The position numbers and the translations under genes were made by a program. A stretch of 64,000 nucleotides of DNA from Bacteroidia bacterium (GTDB lineage: Bacteria > Bacteroidota > Bacteroidia > NS11-12g > UBA9320), in the NCBI GenBank assembly GCA_965216465.1, contig CBDCFW010000003.1:288001-352000 (forward strand), read 5' to 3'. Below, in pieces: positions 1-7,585 of the stretch. Each line of letters starts with the position of its first letter. Position 1 is the first letter of the stretch. Below the pieces are notes generated by a model. The model was not told the DNA's origin and made no database searches. It worked only from the letters and a program-made list of their open reading frames with translations.

Positions 1-66
1 CCTTTAAAGGTTTCCAAGTGGAAAGGTAATCCAAGCCGCAGAAAGACTACTAGAAAAAGCTGGTAA
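1..66 (+). CDS. 3' end of a truncated basic hypothetical protein
   Basis: Frame 1 reads PLKVSKWKGNPSRRKTTRKSW*; its TAA overlaps the next ATG (TAATG). Confidence 0.4.
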   Translation, partial: PLKVSKWKGNPSRRKTTRKSW

Positions 67-257
67 TGTTAAAGTGGCTAAAGACAGGATTTGGTTGGCT
101 GAAAACAGCCAACCAATTCTACCGAAAGGTTAAGACCTCATTCAAAATGATTGAATGGGTTGGAGACGTTTTGGAATTTGCACAGAAAAGGTATGCTGAA
201 ATCTTTGAAATAGAAGACGACAGCGAAGTAGAACAGGAAAATCAGACCAATGAGTAA
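66..257 (+). CDS. Small amphipathic-helix phage protein
   Basis: Homologous to 10052-10276 (KW.K...F/W....., W...V...A, acidic tail) and in the same position. Confidence 0.75.
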   Translation: MLKWLKTGFGWLKTANQFYRKVKTSFKMIEWVGDVLEFAQKRYAEIFEIEDDSEVEQENQTNE

Positions 258-906
258 TGAAAGCGAAAAATATAGCCATCATTGTAGTGTCAATTGTCCT
301 CATTGTGGGGGGCTTCTTACTATACAAACGGCGCAAAAAAAAACGTTAGACGACCATCGTGAAAGTAGGCTAAAGTTAGCAGGTAAGGTGATTCTAAAAT
401 GGGAGGGGGGATATGTCAATGACCCCGACGATAGAGGAGGAGCAACCAACAAAGGTGTAACTTATGCTACTTATCAAAATCTAGCACATAGTGTTTTAAA
501 GGTATATCCAACGAAAAAGCATTTTGAAAGTCTTTCAGACAATGAAGTGCTGAAGATTATCGCCTGGTACTATGATAAGGTAAAAGGTGATCACTTAAAA
601 AGTGGAGCTGTTGCAGTAGGAATAACAGATTATTATTGGGGAAGTGGATTGTATGCCATCAAACGCATCCAATCAGCTTTAAATATCCATTACTCAAGAA
701 ACTTATCAGTTGATGGCGTAGTGGGAGCAAAAACTGTCCAGGCTATCAATTCGGTTCCTGCTAAACATATGCTATCAATCTTAAAGGAAGTACGAGCACA
801 ACACTATGCAGCGATTGTAAGACACGATGCAAGTCAAGGTAAATTCATAAACGGTTGGAACAATCGCAATTATGATGTCTTTAACTCTTTAATTGAATAT
901 GTATGA
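250..906 (+). CDS. Glycoside hydrolase family 108 lysozyme (endolysin) with C-terminal PG-binding region; true start uncertain
   Basis: EGGYVNDPDDRGGATNKGVT catalytic motif; VDGVVGAKT and F..GW.NR C-terminal motifs. Confidence 0.9.
   Translation: MSNESEKYSHHCSVNCPHCGGLLTIQTAQKKTLDDHRESRLKLAGKVILKWEGGYVNDPDDRGGATNKGVTYATYQNLAHSVLKVYPTKKHFESLSDNEVLKIIAWYYDKVKGDHLKSGAVAVGITDYYWGSGLYAIKRIQSALNIHYSRNLSVDGVVGAKTVQAINSVPAKHMLSILKEVRAQHYAAIVRHDASQGKFINGWNNRNYDVFNSLIEYV
257..349 (+). CDS. 30-aa single-TM peptide MKAKNIAIIVVSIVLIVGGFLLYKRRKKKR (absent from the ORF track)
   Basis: Translated by hand. Coupled by TAATG to the upstream gene; homologue of 10269-10457 (shared VLIV, gtcctcattgt). Confidence 0.75.
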   Translation: MKAKNIAIIVVSIVLIVGGFLLYKRRKKKR

Positions 907-1307
907 TCAATGAAATAGATATCGAAAAAGAAGTAATCCAAACGACTACTTTTAGGCAAAAACTAAATCCAATGTATTGGTTCAGACGCTTTGTACAACC
1001 TGCCTTCAGGCAAATTTCTTTCTATTCAGGAATTAACCTGGTATGGAAGATTACAGACGTGTTTATCAAAGTGCCAAAATTGATAAACGAAGAGGATGCA
1101 GATATGGTAAGCAGTAAAACAAGAAAACAACAATTGTTGAGTATTGTCTTACACATCTTATTTATAGCACTACCTCTTTTACTGATACTTAAAAAGAAAT
1201 GGTATGTCTTACCAGTCGTACCAATTCTTATGGCGTTTAATATCCTGGTACACTTACGAGGAATATACCTAGCAATCATGGTATATCGAAGTCATGCACG
1301 GAATTAA
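903..1307 (+). CDS. Hypothetical membrane protein (2 TM), holin candidate
   Basis: Two hydrophobic segments; overlaps the lysin stop (ATGA). Confidence 0.6.
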   Translation: MINEIDIEKEVIQTTTFRQKLNPMYWFRRFVQPAFRQISFYSGINLVWKITDVFIKVPKLINEEDADMVSSKTRKQQLLSIVLHILFIALPLLLILKKKWYVLPVVPILMAFNILVHLRGIYLAIMVYRSHARN

Positions 1308-1539
1308 ACCTACACTCATAGGGTTTGCTTCACTTGCAGGGGTTAATGTTGCTGAATTAACAGCAGAGAACCTAGAAAGCATTGAAGCAATCCTTATGAG
1401 CTTAGTTAAATGGATAATAGCAGGATTAACCATTTACACCCAAATCAAATCAATCAGAAATGAAAAAGCTAATAACCGGGTTGCTAATGATAGTAACCGT
1501 GCTAGTGGCTCCAGGAGCACTAGCAGAACAAACAAGTGA
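1294..1539 (+). CDS. Small membrane protein, holin-like
   Basis: Hydrophobic segments and basic tail; similar to 10834-11031. Confidence 0.6.
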   Translation: MHGIKPTLIGFASLAGVNVAELTAENLESIEAILMSLVKWIIAGLTIYTQIKSIRNEKANNRVANDSNRASGSRSTSRTNK

Positions 1540-1930
1540 CAACCTAAATTTTAACCTAAAAACAGAAATACAAATGTGTAACGAACATGTAAACTACGAG
1601 TTTGAATTAAGCGATACCAGACAACCATTGTTCTGCGATTCAAAACATCTTCTAGTAGGTGTTATAAATCACTTTTCAGATTTCACCAACTATAAGATCA
1701 ATACTGACATTGATCCTGGAACTGGTGCACCATGGGTAATAGACAGTGGCTTAAATGATGCAGAGATACTAATTAACTCGCTAAAATCAGGCGGCACTAA
1801 AATACCAATAGAACTGATAAAGAATATTCCTTTAGATCAGTGGCATGAAAGAGGAACAAGGGATATCAATGCGCCTATTGCCACTGGTAACACCCGTAGG
1901 TATGTTGTAATCAAGTGTAGACAGGCTTAG
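1460..1930 (+). CDS. Conserved phage protein (possibly structural); alternative start at 1574
   Basis: From M39 it aligns with 11012-11380 (MC.E..N..FE..D, GLN..EI.IN, PL......GTRD). Confidence 0.75.
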   Translation: MKKLITGLLMIVTVLVAPGALAEQTSDNLNFNLKTEIQMCNEHVNYEFELSDTRQPLFCDSKHLLVGVINHFSDFTNYKINTDIDPGTGAPWVIDSGLNDAEILINSLKSGGTKIPIELIKNIPLDQWHERGTRDINAPIATGNTRRYVVIKCRQA

Positions 1931-1932
1931 TC

Positions 1933-2118
1933 ATGGGATTAAGTAAAGAAAAATCCAAGCACTTCAACAAGAAAGTCAAAGAATTTTCTAAAACAGCTTG
2001 GGAAACATTCAACACCACTCACTTTGATTCACTAGCTGAATATCAAAATGAGAAGTTCTTAGTTGAGCAATCAATTAGAGAATTTCAACGCTCAGAACTT
2101 GATAAAGTAAAGGAGTAA
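1933..2118 (+). CDS. Small helical phage protein
   Basis: Homologous to 6735-6965 (AW..F...T.FD...E.......VEQ.I). Confidence 0.75.
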   Translation: MGLSKEKSKHFNKKVKEFSKTAWETFNTTHFDSLAEYQNEKFLVEQSIREFQRSELDKVKE

Positions 2119-2146
2119 ACATTGTAGCAGATCTGCTCAACATGCT

Positions 2147-2175
2147 AAAAGCCACCTTTTGCAGGTGGCTTTTTA
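2147..2175 (+). terminator. Intrinsic terminator, probably bidirectional
   Basis: aaaagccacct-tttgc-aggtggcttttt. Confidence 0.8.
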
Positions 2176-2354
2176 GTGATAATATACTGAAATTATATGT
2201 GAATTGGGTTATGTAAATAGATACAAATTGATATCTATTTATATGCAGTTTAATTTAAGGGATGGACGTAATATTGTTCACTGAATTGTAAAATGTTTTG
2301 GATATCCAAAACTTTGGAATGGATTTTGTACCTTTGTAACCGTTAAATAATACT

Positions 2355-2642
2355 ATGTCTAATAAAATAAGAGTAACTAATCATAAGGTCCTTGTGCTTT
2401 ATAGTTTTGATGAAGTAAATAAACTTTATACTCTTTCAACACTTGAAAGAGGAGGACCTCTTGTTGTGGATTCGGATTTCGAAACAGCTAAGAAAAAAAT
2501 GGCTGAGCAACTAATTGTTGTAAGCTCTCTTGGTAAATTAATGTTCTATGATAAATATAGGACTAATGAAGATAGGAAGACATCGTTGGCTAATAGTTTA
2601 GGGAAGGTTATAGAGGAGACGTATTTGGAACTTGTAGCATAG
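2355..2642 (+). CDS. Cargo protein, weakly HicB-like N-terminal fold
   Basis: Upstream TAccTTTG promoter motif; the pattern Y...LE.GG.LVV.SDFE.AKKKM.EQL recalls HicB. Confidence 0.5.
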   Translation: MSNKIRVTNHKVLVLYSFDEVNKLYTLSTLERGGPLVVDSDFETAKKKMAEQLIVVSSLGKLMFYDKYRTNEDRKTSLANSLGKVIEETYLELVA

Positions 2643-3152
2643 ATGTTAATTACCTATCGAGCACTAAGAGAACTTTTATATCAGAAATATGCAGAGAAGT
2701 CTCTGCAAGGAGTTATAGACGACTTTTCAGAATATTTTGATGAATCCCTCGCAACTGCAGAGCAGATTGAGGATTATGAGTATCTGTCAACATTCATTGA
2801 GAATAGAAAGGATATAGAAGAGAAATATCGTTTTTTCTGGAACTACAAGCAATGTTCGGTGCCAACGATGGTGGAGAAGCATGACTATTACACGGTTGAT
2901 GCATTATCAGTAATTGCTTATGATCATCCCGATATCGACGTAAGACATTTTGAACAGCTCATTGAAGAGATTGCAACAAGAGACAAGCACGATTTGGAGC
3001 AGTGGTTAGGTAGATTTAGAAGTTTGTACAAGGCTAGAGTAAATATTGGTAACGCGATACGAAGCTACAAATTAGGGTACATCGGAAGAAATGATCTTTG
3101 CTACTGCGGGAGTGGTAAGAAATACAAAAAGTGCCACGGGTTCAATAATTAA
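2643..3152 (+). CDS. Cargo protein with C-terminal SEC-C zinc-binding motif
   Basis: GRNDLCYCGSGKKYKKCHG. Confidence 0.85.
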   Translation: MLITYRALRELLYQKYAEKSLQGVIDDFSEYFDESLATAEQIEDYEYLSTFIENRKDIEEKYRFFWNYKQCSVPTMVEKHDYYTVDALSVIAYDHPDIDVRHFEQLIEEIATRDKHDLEQWLGRFRSLYKARVNIGNAIRSYKLGYIGRNDLCYCGSGKKYKKCHGFNN

Positions 3153-3296
3153 AACGATATCAAATCACTTTGTCCTGGAGCTGCTCGAGCTGAACAAATG
3201 ATATCAAATCCGTTTCCGGCGTCCAGGATCTCAGGGTAAATATGATATCAAATAACTTATCTGCAGCAGATCTGCAGCTGACCAAATGATATCAAA
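3151..3296. repeat. Four GATATCAAA repeats with exact 44-bp period
   Basis: Cores start at 3156, 3200, 3244 and 3288. Confidence 0.9.
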
Positions 3297-3383
3297 AGAA
3301 ATAACTATAGGTTTTGCTCCAATGTCTATATTTGAATGACATATTAAATTTGTTACGTAACATTAGGGATTGATGTGATCAAA

Positions 3384-3412
3384 TAAAAAGCCACCTGTAA
3401 AAGGTGGCTTTT
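3384..3412. terminator. Intrinsic terminator; inverted near-identical copy of 2147-2175
   Basis: taaaaagccacctgtaaaaggtggctttt, 28/29 identical to the reverse complement of 2147-2175. Confidence 0.8.
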
Positions 3413-3676
3413 CTGTTTTTAGATTAACTAAATCCATGCGAACATGGACAAAACCTTTAATGATCAAAAATAAAAGCCGTCTCCTCTGGAAACGGCAATT
3501 AATAAGGTTAGTTAGGTACTATTGCTAAATATAAACACGAAGATAACCTAAATGGTAACAAAACCTCCTGAATAATAGAAATGTATAGGAACTACTGAAT
3601 TAATTAGGTATACTTGATAGTCCTTAACTTATTTTACTACTGGTTATCTATTAATCAAAGTTGAGGTATTAACCCT

Positions 3677-3713
3677 AGGCCATCCCGAGTGGGGTTTTGG
3701 GATGGCCTTTTTT
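3677..3713 (+). terminator. Intrinsic terminator
   Basis: aggccatccc...gggatggcct followed by a T run. Confidence 0.75.
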
Positions 3714-3725
3714 GTTAATTAGAAA

Positions 3726-3965
3726 TCACTCAATCTTCTCAAGCTCCTTTAAATGATAAAAGAAGTTCTTAGTCTTGTCCTTGACATCTCTAAGTTGAAT
3801 TTCAAGTGATGAATTCTCATCGGTCAAAGACTTAATCCTATCACACATGGGAATGTAGGAGCGAAGCAATAATGCAAAAATTTCTGAATTGGTTTTAATG
3901 TAGGTCTTAGCTTTAATAGCCTCTAACTGTTTAGTCTGTTGATCTGTTAATCTTGATACTAGCAT
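3726..3965 (-). CDS. Probable ribbon-helix-helix/CopG-like DNA-binding protein with coiled-coil tail
   Basis: MLVSRLTDQQ..QLE.IK....IKTNSEIFALLLR; homologous to 7132-7368, which fixes the start. Confidence 0.7.
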   Translation of the reverse strand: MLVSRLTDQQTKQLEAIKAKTYIKTNSEIFALLLRSYIPMCDRIKSLTDENSSLEIQLRDVKDKTKNFFYHLKELEKIE

Positions 3966-4168
3966 AAATAAAATTTTAACATGGTTAAACATTTTCGAGT
4001 AGACTCTCGATCTCTCGAAATCATAGGCATCCAAAGGCGTAAGTGAAAAGCAGTTGTCAATATAAATGAAGGGCAGTAGGGTATAGGCCAGTGTTTAAGC
4101 ATTGACAACAATGTTCACGGGCCAATTTTGCACTCTGATTATGAGAAAAGAATAGGTATCTTTGGAGT

Positions 4169-4423
4169 GTGAGCAATAAAGAAAAGTTATCAGGTAAAGA
4201 GTTGACTATGTATAAGCAGATAGAAACAAACTATGAATATAATGGTAAAACCTTCAAAAATGATTATGTACACCAGATGAGCATTATAGGATATAAACGA
4301 ATAGAAATACCTGGTGTAGAGTTTATTGGTGTTGGTGGTCAGAATTATTTAGAAATCGAGAGGACATACAGAGATATGTTAGTCATGTTCTGCCAAGACC
4401 GAGGAATAACTGAGCTTGATTAA
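4169..4423 (+). CDS. Hypothetical protein
   Basis: 84-aa ORF with GTG start, preceded by TAtcTTTG. Confidence 0.55.
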   Translation: MSNKEKLSGKELTMYKQIETNYEYNGKTFKNDYVHQMSIIGYKRIEIPGVEFIGVGGQNYLEIERTYRDMLVMFCQDRGITELD

Positions 4424-4746
4424 TAAGGCAATTTAACACGTTTCAATTTCTTTGGCTTATCACCAATAGGGTTTGGCACAAACAATTGCTTAACATTCTC
4501 AAACACCTCAAAATGATGCAATAATTGCTCTTCTAAAGTTTCTATTTGCTTCTGAAGTGACATAATAGTGTCGAAATCTTCCATCGATCTACGCTGTAAT
4601 TTCATGTGCCGAATCAACATTCTTTCAACAATGTCATGTAATCCATTTGCATCATGATGGAAATATTTGAACTCTTTATAAGCTGCCTTAGCCTCATCAG
4701 AAAGCAGCGTAAATATTAGGGGTTTACCACATTCTTCACATTTCAT
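4420..4746 (-). CDS. Putative regulator with coiled coil and N-terminal CxxC
   Basis: Weakly similar to 11810-12172 (F.Y.H, heptads) and in the same position. Confidence 0.65.
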   Translation of the reverse strand: MKCEECGKPLIFTLLSDEAKAAYKEFKYFHHDANGLHDIVERMLIRHMKLQRRSMEDFDTIMSLQKQIETLEEQLLHHFEVFENVKQLFVPNPIGDKPKKLKRVKLPY

Positions 4747-4871
4747 AGACAGCAAAAAACTAATCAGGATTTTGAATATTTTGTATATAAAAAGATGCAA
4801 GCTGTTGAAAACGTGTGAATTATCGACGAATGATAAAACTAATATTTGAGTTCGAAATCAAATTAGTTATC

Positions 4872-5021
4872 ATGGTATTAATACTTAATCAACGAGAAGC
4901 TCGTATGCTTAAACGTCTCATACAAGGATATGAAAGACGAACTCCTGCAAAACGTCAGAAGCGTAAAATCACTGAAGGATTAAAATTAAAACTTAATGAT
5001 AAAAAGAAAGCCGCTGCATAA
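4872..5021 (+). CDS. 49-aa basic protein, candidate antisense-regulated gene
   Basis: Positional and weak sequence homologue of 12253-12444. Confidence 0.6.
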   Translation: MVLILNQREARMLKRLIQGYERRTPAKRQKRKITEGLKLKLNDKKKAAA

Positions 5022-5041
5022 AACTATGCGAGCGGCTTTTT
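5007..5041. terminator. Bidirectional terminator
   Basis: aaagccgct-gcata-aaac-tatgc-g-agcggcttt with an A run on the left and a T run on the right. Confidence 0.75.
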
Positions 5042-5214
5042 AATTTCTTAAGCGGTACTTAATCAAATTTAGGTTCGAAATCAAATTTTATCATGTTGAC
5101 CGCTTAGATGTATAACTTCTAAAGTTATTCACTTTCAAATATAAAAGCTAAACAAATGTACGTGAATGGATTAGCCACGAATGTTAAAACGTTGTTAACA
5201 AAAGAGTTATTATT

Positions 5215-5242
5215 TGTGCCTATAATTTATATTCCGCTAACC
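5215..5242 (+). other. dif-like XerCD site with degenerate XerD arm (element 1/2 junction)
   Basis: TGTGCCTATAA-TTTATA-TTCCGCTAACC, 11-6-11 layout; compare E. coli dif GGTGCGCATAA-TGTATA-TTATGTTAAAT. Confidence 0.85.
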
Positions 5243-5349
5243 GCTTTAGCACCAAAAAGACAGCGTTATCAACGAATTGTGGACTATTCGATTCCAAATG
5301 TTGAAAGTGCAAAACATTGTTAACAATTAAGCACAAAGTATGTGTTTAA

Positions 5350-6600
5350 TTGAAAAATCAAAATAAAGGAGATTGGCAGCGTAAAATACTGCATTCAATA
5401 GAAGTAGACAGTTTGAAGCTCTCGTTTGAGCTTAACCACTACGAACCGTTAAATCAAATCAAAATTCTTGATACTCGTCTAGGTACTGAATACCGAAAAA
5501 TTACTATTGATGGTGAAGAGATGGACGAGAAGCTCTACAAGGAGAATGCTCGACAATATGGAGCAGACAAAGCACCAATTTATATGAGTTTGGTTGCACG
5601 TCAAGACTTAGCAACGAAAGAAGTCAAAACGTATCTAGTAATATTAATCAATTCTAAGCATTTAGGAGCGCATTATTTCAAAGGTATAAAACGTCATAAT
5701 GTTGGTAACATATACGATGCCATAATAGCGACAAAAGCCGTAAGAATGGATTACAGCATCTTTATGCAGGGCAAGGTTACAGACTGTGATTTTAAGATGG
5801 ATTACCAAATGGAGTTTCACGAATGGATTAAACTAAATGAATTTGCAAGAAAGAGGACTAAGTTGCACACTCGCAGCGATTCGGGATATACGAGGTTTCC
5901 AAAAAAGGATAACGGAATTGACCGTGAAAATTACAAAATGTATGGTACTCAATGGAGCTTTAGAACAACAACGAGTTTTGCAACTGCACCATATATTAAA
6001 ATGTATCACAAAGGGCTAGAAGCAGAACATAGAAGTTCAGAGTTTTTTTCTTCTTATGAATTTGAGGGTTACGGTAATACGGTGATAGATTATAGCGATA
6101 TAGTAAGAACTGAGTATACTATCAAAAACAAAAAGCATTTTAAACAAGCTGGGATGGTCAAAGATGACCAAGACAACACGCTTGAAAATATTCTAAACTT
6201 TAACTATGAAACAAAGCTAAGTGCTTTAATAGATGGCTTTGCTGCTCATTGGAAAAAAGAGAAAGCAAGAATTACACAAGTAACAGGCTTAAAAGGCGTT
6301 CAGTTGATGCTTGCCGCTTTAATAGATGACCAAGTTAAACAAGGCGGAAAGAGTAAGTCAGAATTAAGAGATACGGCTCTTTCACTTCTTCCAAAAAAGA
6401 ATCAAGAACGCTACAAGAAGCTGTTTGAAGAGGTGTGGAGATATCTAGCAATTGAAGAGGATTTTAGAGTTGAAGCAGAAAATAATGAAGCTGCATACAA
6501 TTGGTTTAAAATCTTGGTTGAGGGTTCAAAGAATACCAAACTAAGAGGAATGTTTACAGACGAAGCAACATATACGGAAAGATGGCACGAAGCAAGTTAA
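5350..6600 (+). CDS. Rolling-circle replication initiator (Rep_trans / gpII-X-like)
   Basis: Ordered motifs VDSLKLSF, VTDCDFKMD, IKMYHKGLE (catalytic Tyr) and IVRTEYTI. Confidence 0.75.
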   Translation: MKNQNKGDWQRKILHSIEVDSLKLSFELNHYEPLNQIKILDTRLGTEYRKITIDGEEMDEKLYKENARQYGADKAPIYMSLVARQDLATKEVKTYLVILINSKHLGAHYFKGIKRHNVGNIYDAIIATKAVRMDYSIFMQGKVTDCDFKMDYQMEFHEWIKLNEFARKRTKLHTRSDSGYTRFPKKDNGIDRENYKMYGTQWSFRTTTSFATAPYIKMYHKGLEAEHRSSEFFSSYEFEGYGNTVIDYSDIVRTEYTIKNKKHFKQAGMVKDDQDNTLENILNFNYETKLSALIDGFAAHWKKEKARITQVTGLKGVQLMLAALIDDQVKQGGKSKSELRDTALSLLPKKNQERYKKLFEEVWRYLAIEEDFRVEAENNEAAYNWFKILVEGSKNTKLRGMFTDEATYTERWHEAS

Positions 6601-6722
6601 GTAATTATTTCATTGGCAAAGATGGAAGGTTATATTTAAAGAAGTATGGGAGTGAATATAGTGTCAGAGGGTTTGCCAATTTAGGAGAACGGTTATTTGT
6701 GATAACAGATGGAAAAAATTAA
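6582..6722 (+). CDS. 46-aa hypothetical protein MARSKLSNYFIGKDGRLYLKKYG... (absent from the ORF track)
   Basis: Translated by hand; overlaps the rep 3' end and fills the gap to 6735. Confidence 0.55.
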   Translation: MARSKLSNYFIGKDGRLYLKKYGSEYSVRGFANLGERLFVITDGKN

Positions 6723-6734
6723 ATATTTAATAAA

Positions 6735-6965
6735 ATGTCAAAAGAAGATTTCAAAACAAAAACAAAGACAATGATTGAGAATTTCAATACTGCGTCAAAC
6801 GATGCTTGGGCGGAGTTTGAAGCTCGTACAGACTTCGATACGGTTCAAGAAAGAGAAGATGCAAGGCTACAAGTTGAGCAACAAATTAAAATCGACCATA
6901 AAAAGCTAAAAGAGGATATCAAAGCTGAAAAGGAGCTTTACAAGGCTGAAGCAAAGGCAGAATAA
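6735..6965 (+). CDS. Small helical phage protein
   Basis: Homologue of 1933-2118. Confidence 0.75.
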   Translation: MSKEDFKTKTKTMIENFNTASNDAWAEFEARTDFDTVQEREDARLQVEQQIKIDHKKLKEDIKAEKELYKAEAKAE

Positions 6966-6999
6966 GAGACTTATTTGTAATTCATGTTTGTTTAAAAGT

Positions 7000-7029
7000 A
7001 AAAGGCAGTCCGTAAATGGGCTGCCTTTT
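7000..7029. terminator. Bidirectional terminator
   Basis: aaaaggcagtcc-gtaaat-gggctgcctttt. Confidence 0.8.
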
Positions 7030-7034
7030 CTGTT

Positions 7035-7136
7035 TAAACGATATCAAAAAGTGAGTTCAGATCCTGGAAAAAACACTTGAAATGATATCAAATACTTTCT
7101 CCAGGAAAGATCTGCAGCTGATTAAATGATATCAAA
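7035..7136. repeat. Three GATATCAAA repeats with exact 44-bp period
   Basis: Cores start at 7040, 7084 and 7128. Confidence 0.9.
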
Positions 7137-7368
7137 TATCCATCATCTTCTTTAAATGGTAGGTAAAATCCTTTACGTTGTTTTTAATGGAATTGTTCTG
7201 TATTGATAAAGATGAATTTTCTTCTACCAAGTCTTTAATTCTAGATTGACTAGGTAAATAAGCACGTAAGCAAAGGGCAATAACATCTGAGTTGGTTTTA
7301 ATACCTGTATGCTCCTTAATGAGTTCAATTTGTTGTTTCTGTTCGTCTGTTAATCTTGATATAAGCAT
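7132..7368 (-). CDS. Probable RHH/CopG-like DNA-binding protein with coiled coil
   Basis: Clear homologue of 3726-3965. Confidence 0.7.
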   Translation of the reverse strand: MLISRLTDEQKQQIELIKEHTGIKTNSDVIALCLRAYLPSQSRIKDLVEENSSLSIQNNSIKNNVKDFTYHLKKMMDI

Positions 7369-7375
7369 GATATTA

Positions 7376-7579
7376 TTAATTATTAGGTGGTGTTATATAT
7401 CCAATACCGTTTTGAAAAAAGTGTTTTGCTGTACAAACAACATAGGGCTTTTTGTTAGGGTGCTTCTCGCTGTATCGGTTGCGAATAGTGCGTGTAAAAA
7501 TGAAGAGTTTTGGCTTTTGTGGTTGTGATGCTAAGAAAGTAGCAGCCTCGCTGTACGTTTCAAATTCAAATTGTGTCAT
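7376..7579 (-). CDS. Hypothetical phage protein
   Basis: Tightly spaced minus-strand operon. Confidence 0.6.
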   Translation of the reverse strand: MTQFEFETYSEAATFLASQPQKPKLFIFTRTIRNRYSEKHPNKKPYVVCTAKHFFQNGIGYITPPNN

Positions 7580-7585
7580 AATGAT

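Larger units (their letters stand above)
1..5242 (+). mobile_element. Element 1: right part of a small provirus; left end lies outside the window
   Basis: Lysin, small membrane genes and at least 7 ORFs homologous to element 2. Ends at the dif-like site 5215-5242. Confidence 0.8.

Noticed and set aside
295-306. CPHC 'zinc knuckle' at the N-terminus of both lysin ORFs (also ~10340-10351)
   Set aside because: It is explained as the -1-frame reading of the conserved VLIV codons of the overlapping TM gene. Hydrophobic NTN codons give stop-free, T-ending codons in that frame.
966-978. Shared aatccaatgtatt (NPMY) between 903-1307 and 11390-11815
   Set aside because: No similarity beyond 13 bp in AT-rich DNA; could be chance.
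3151-3296. 44-bp arrays as a canonical CRISPR array
   Set aside because: The conserved repeat is only ~9-14 bp, there are no cas genes, and the spacers share motifs. Kept as a non-CRISPR finding.
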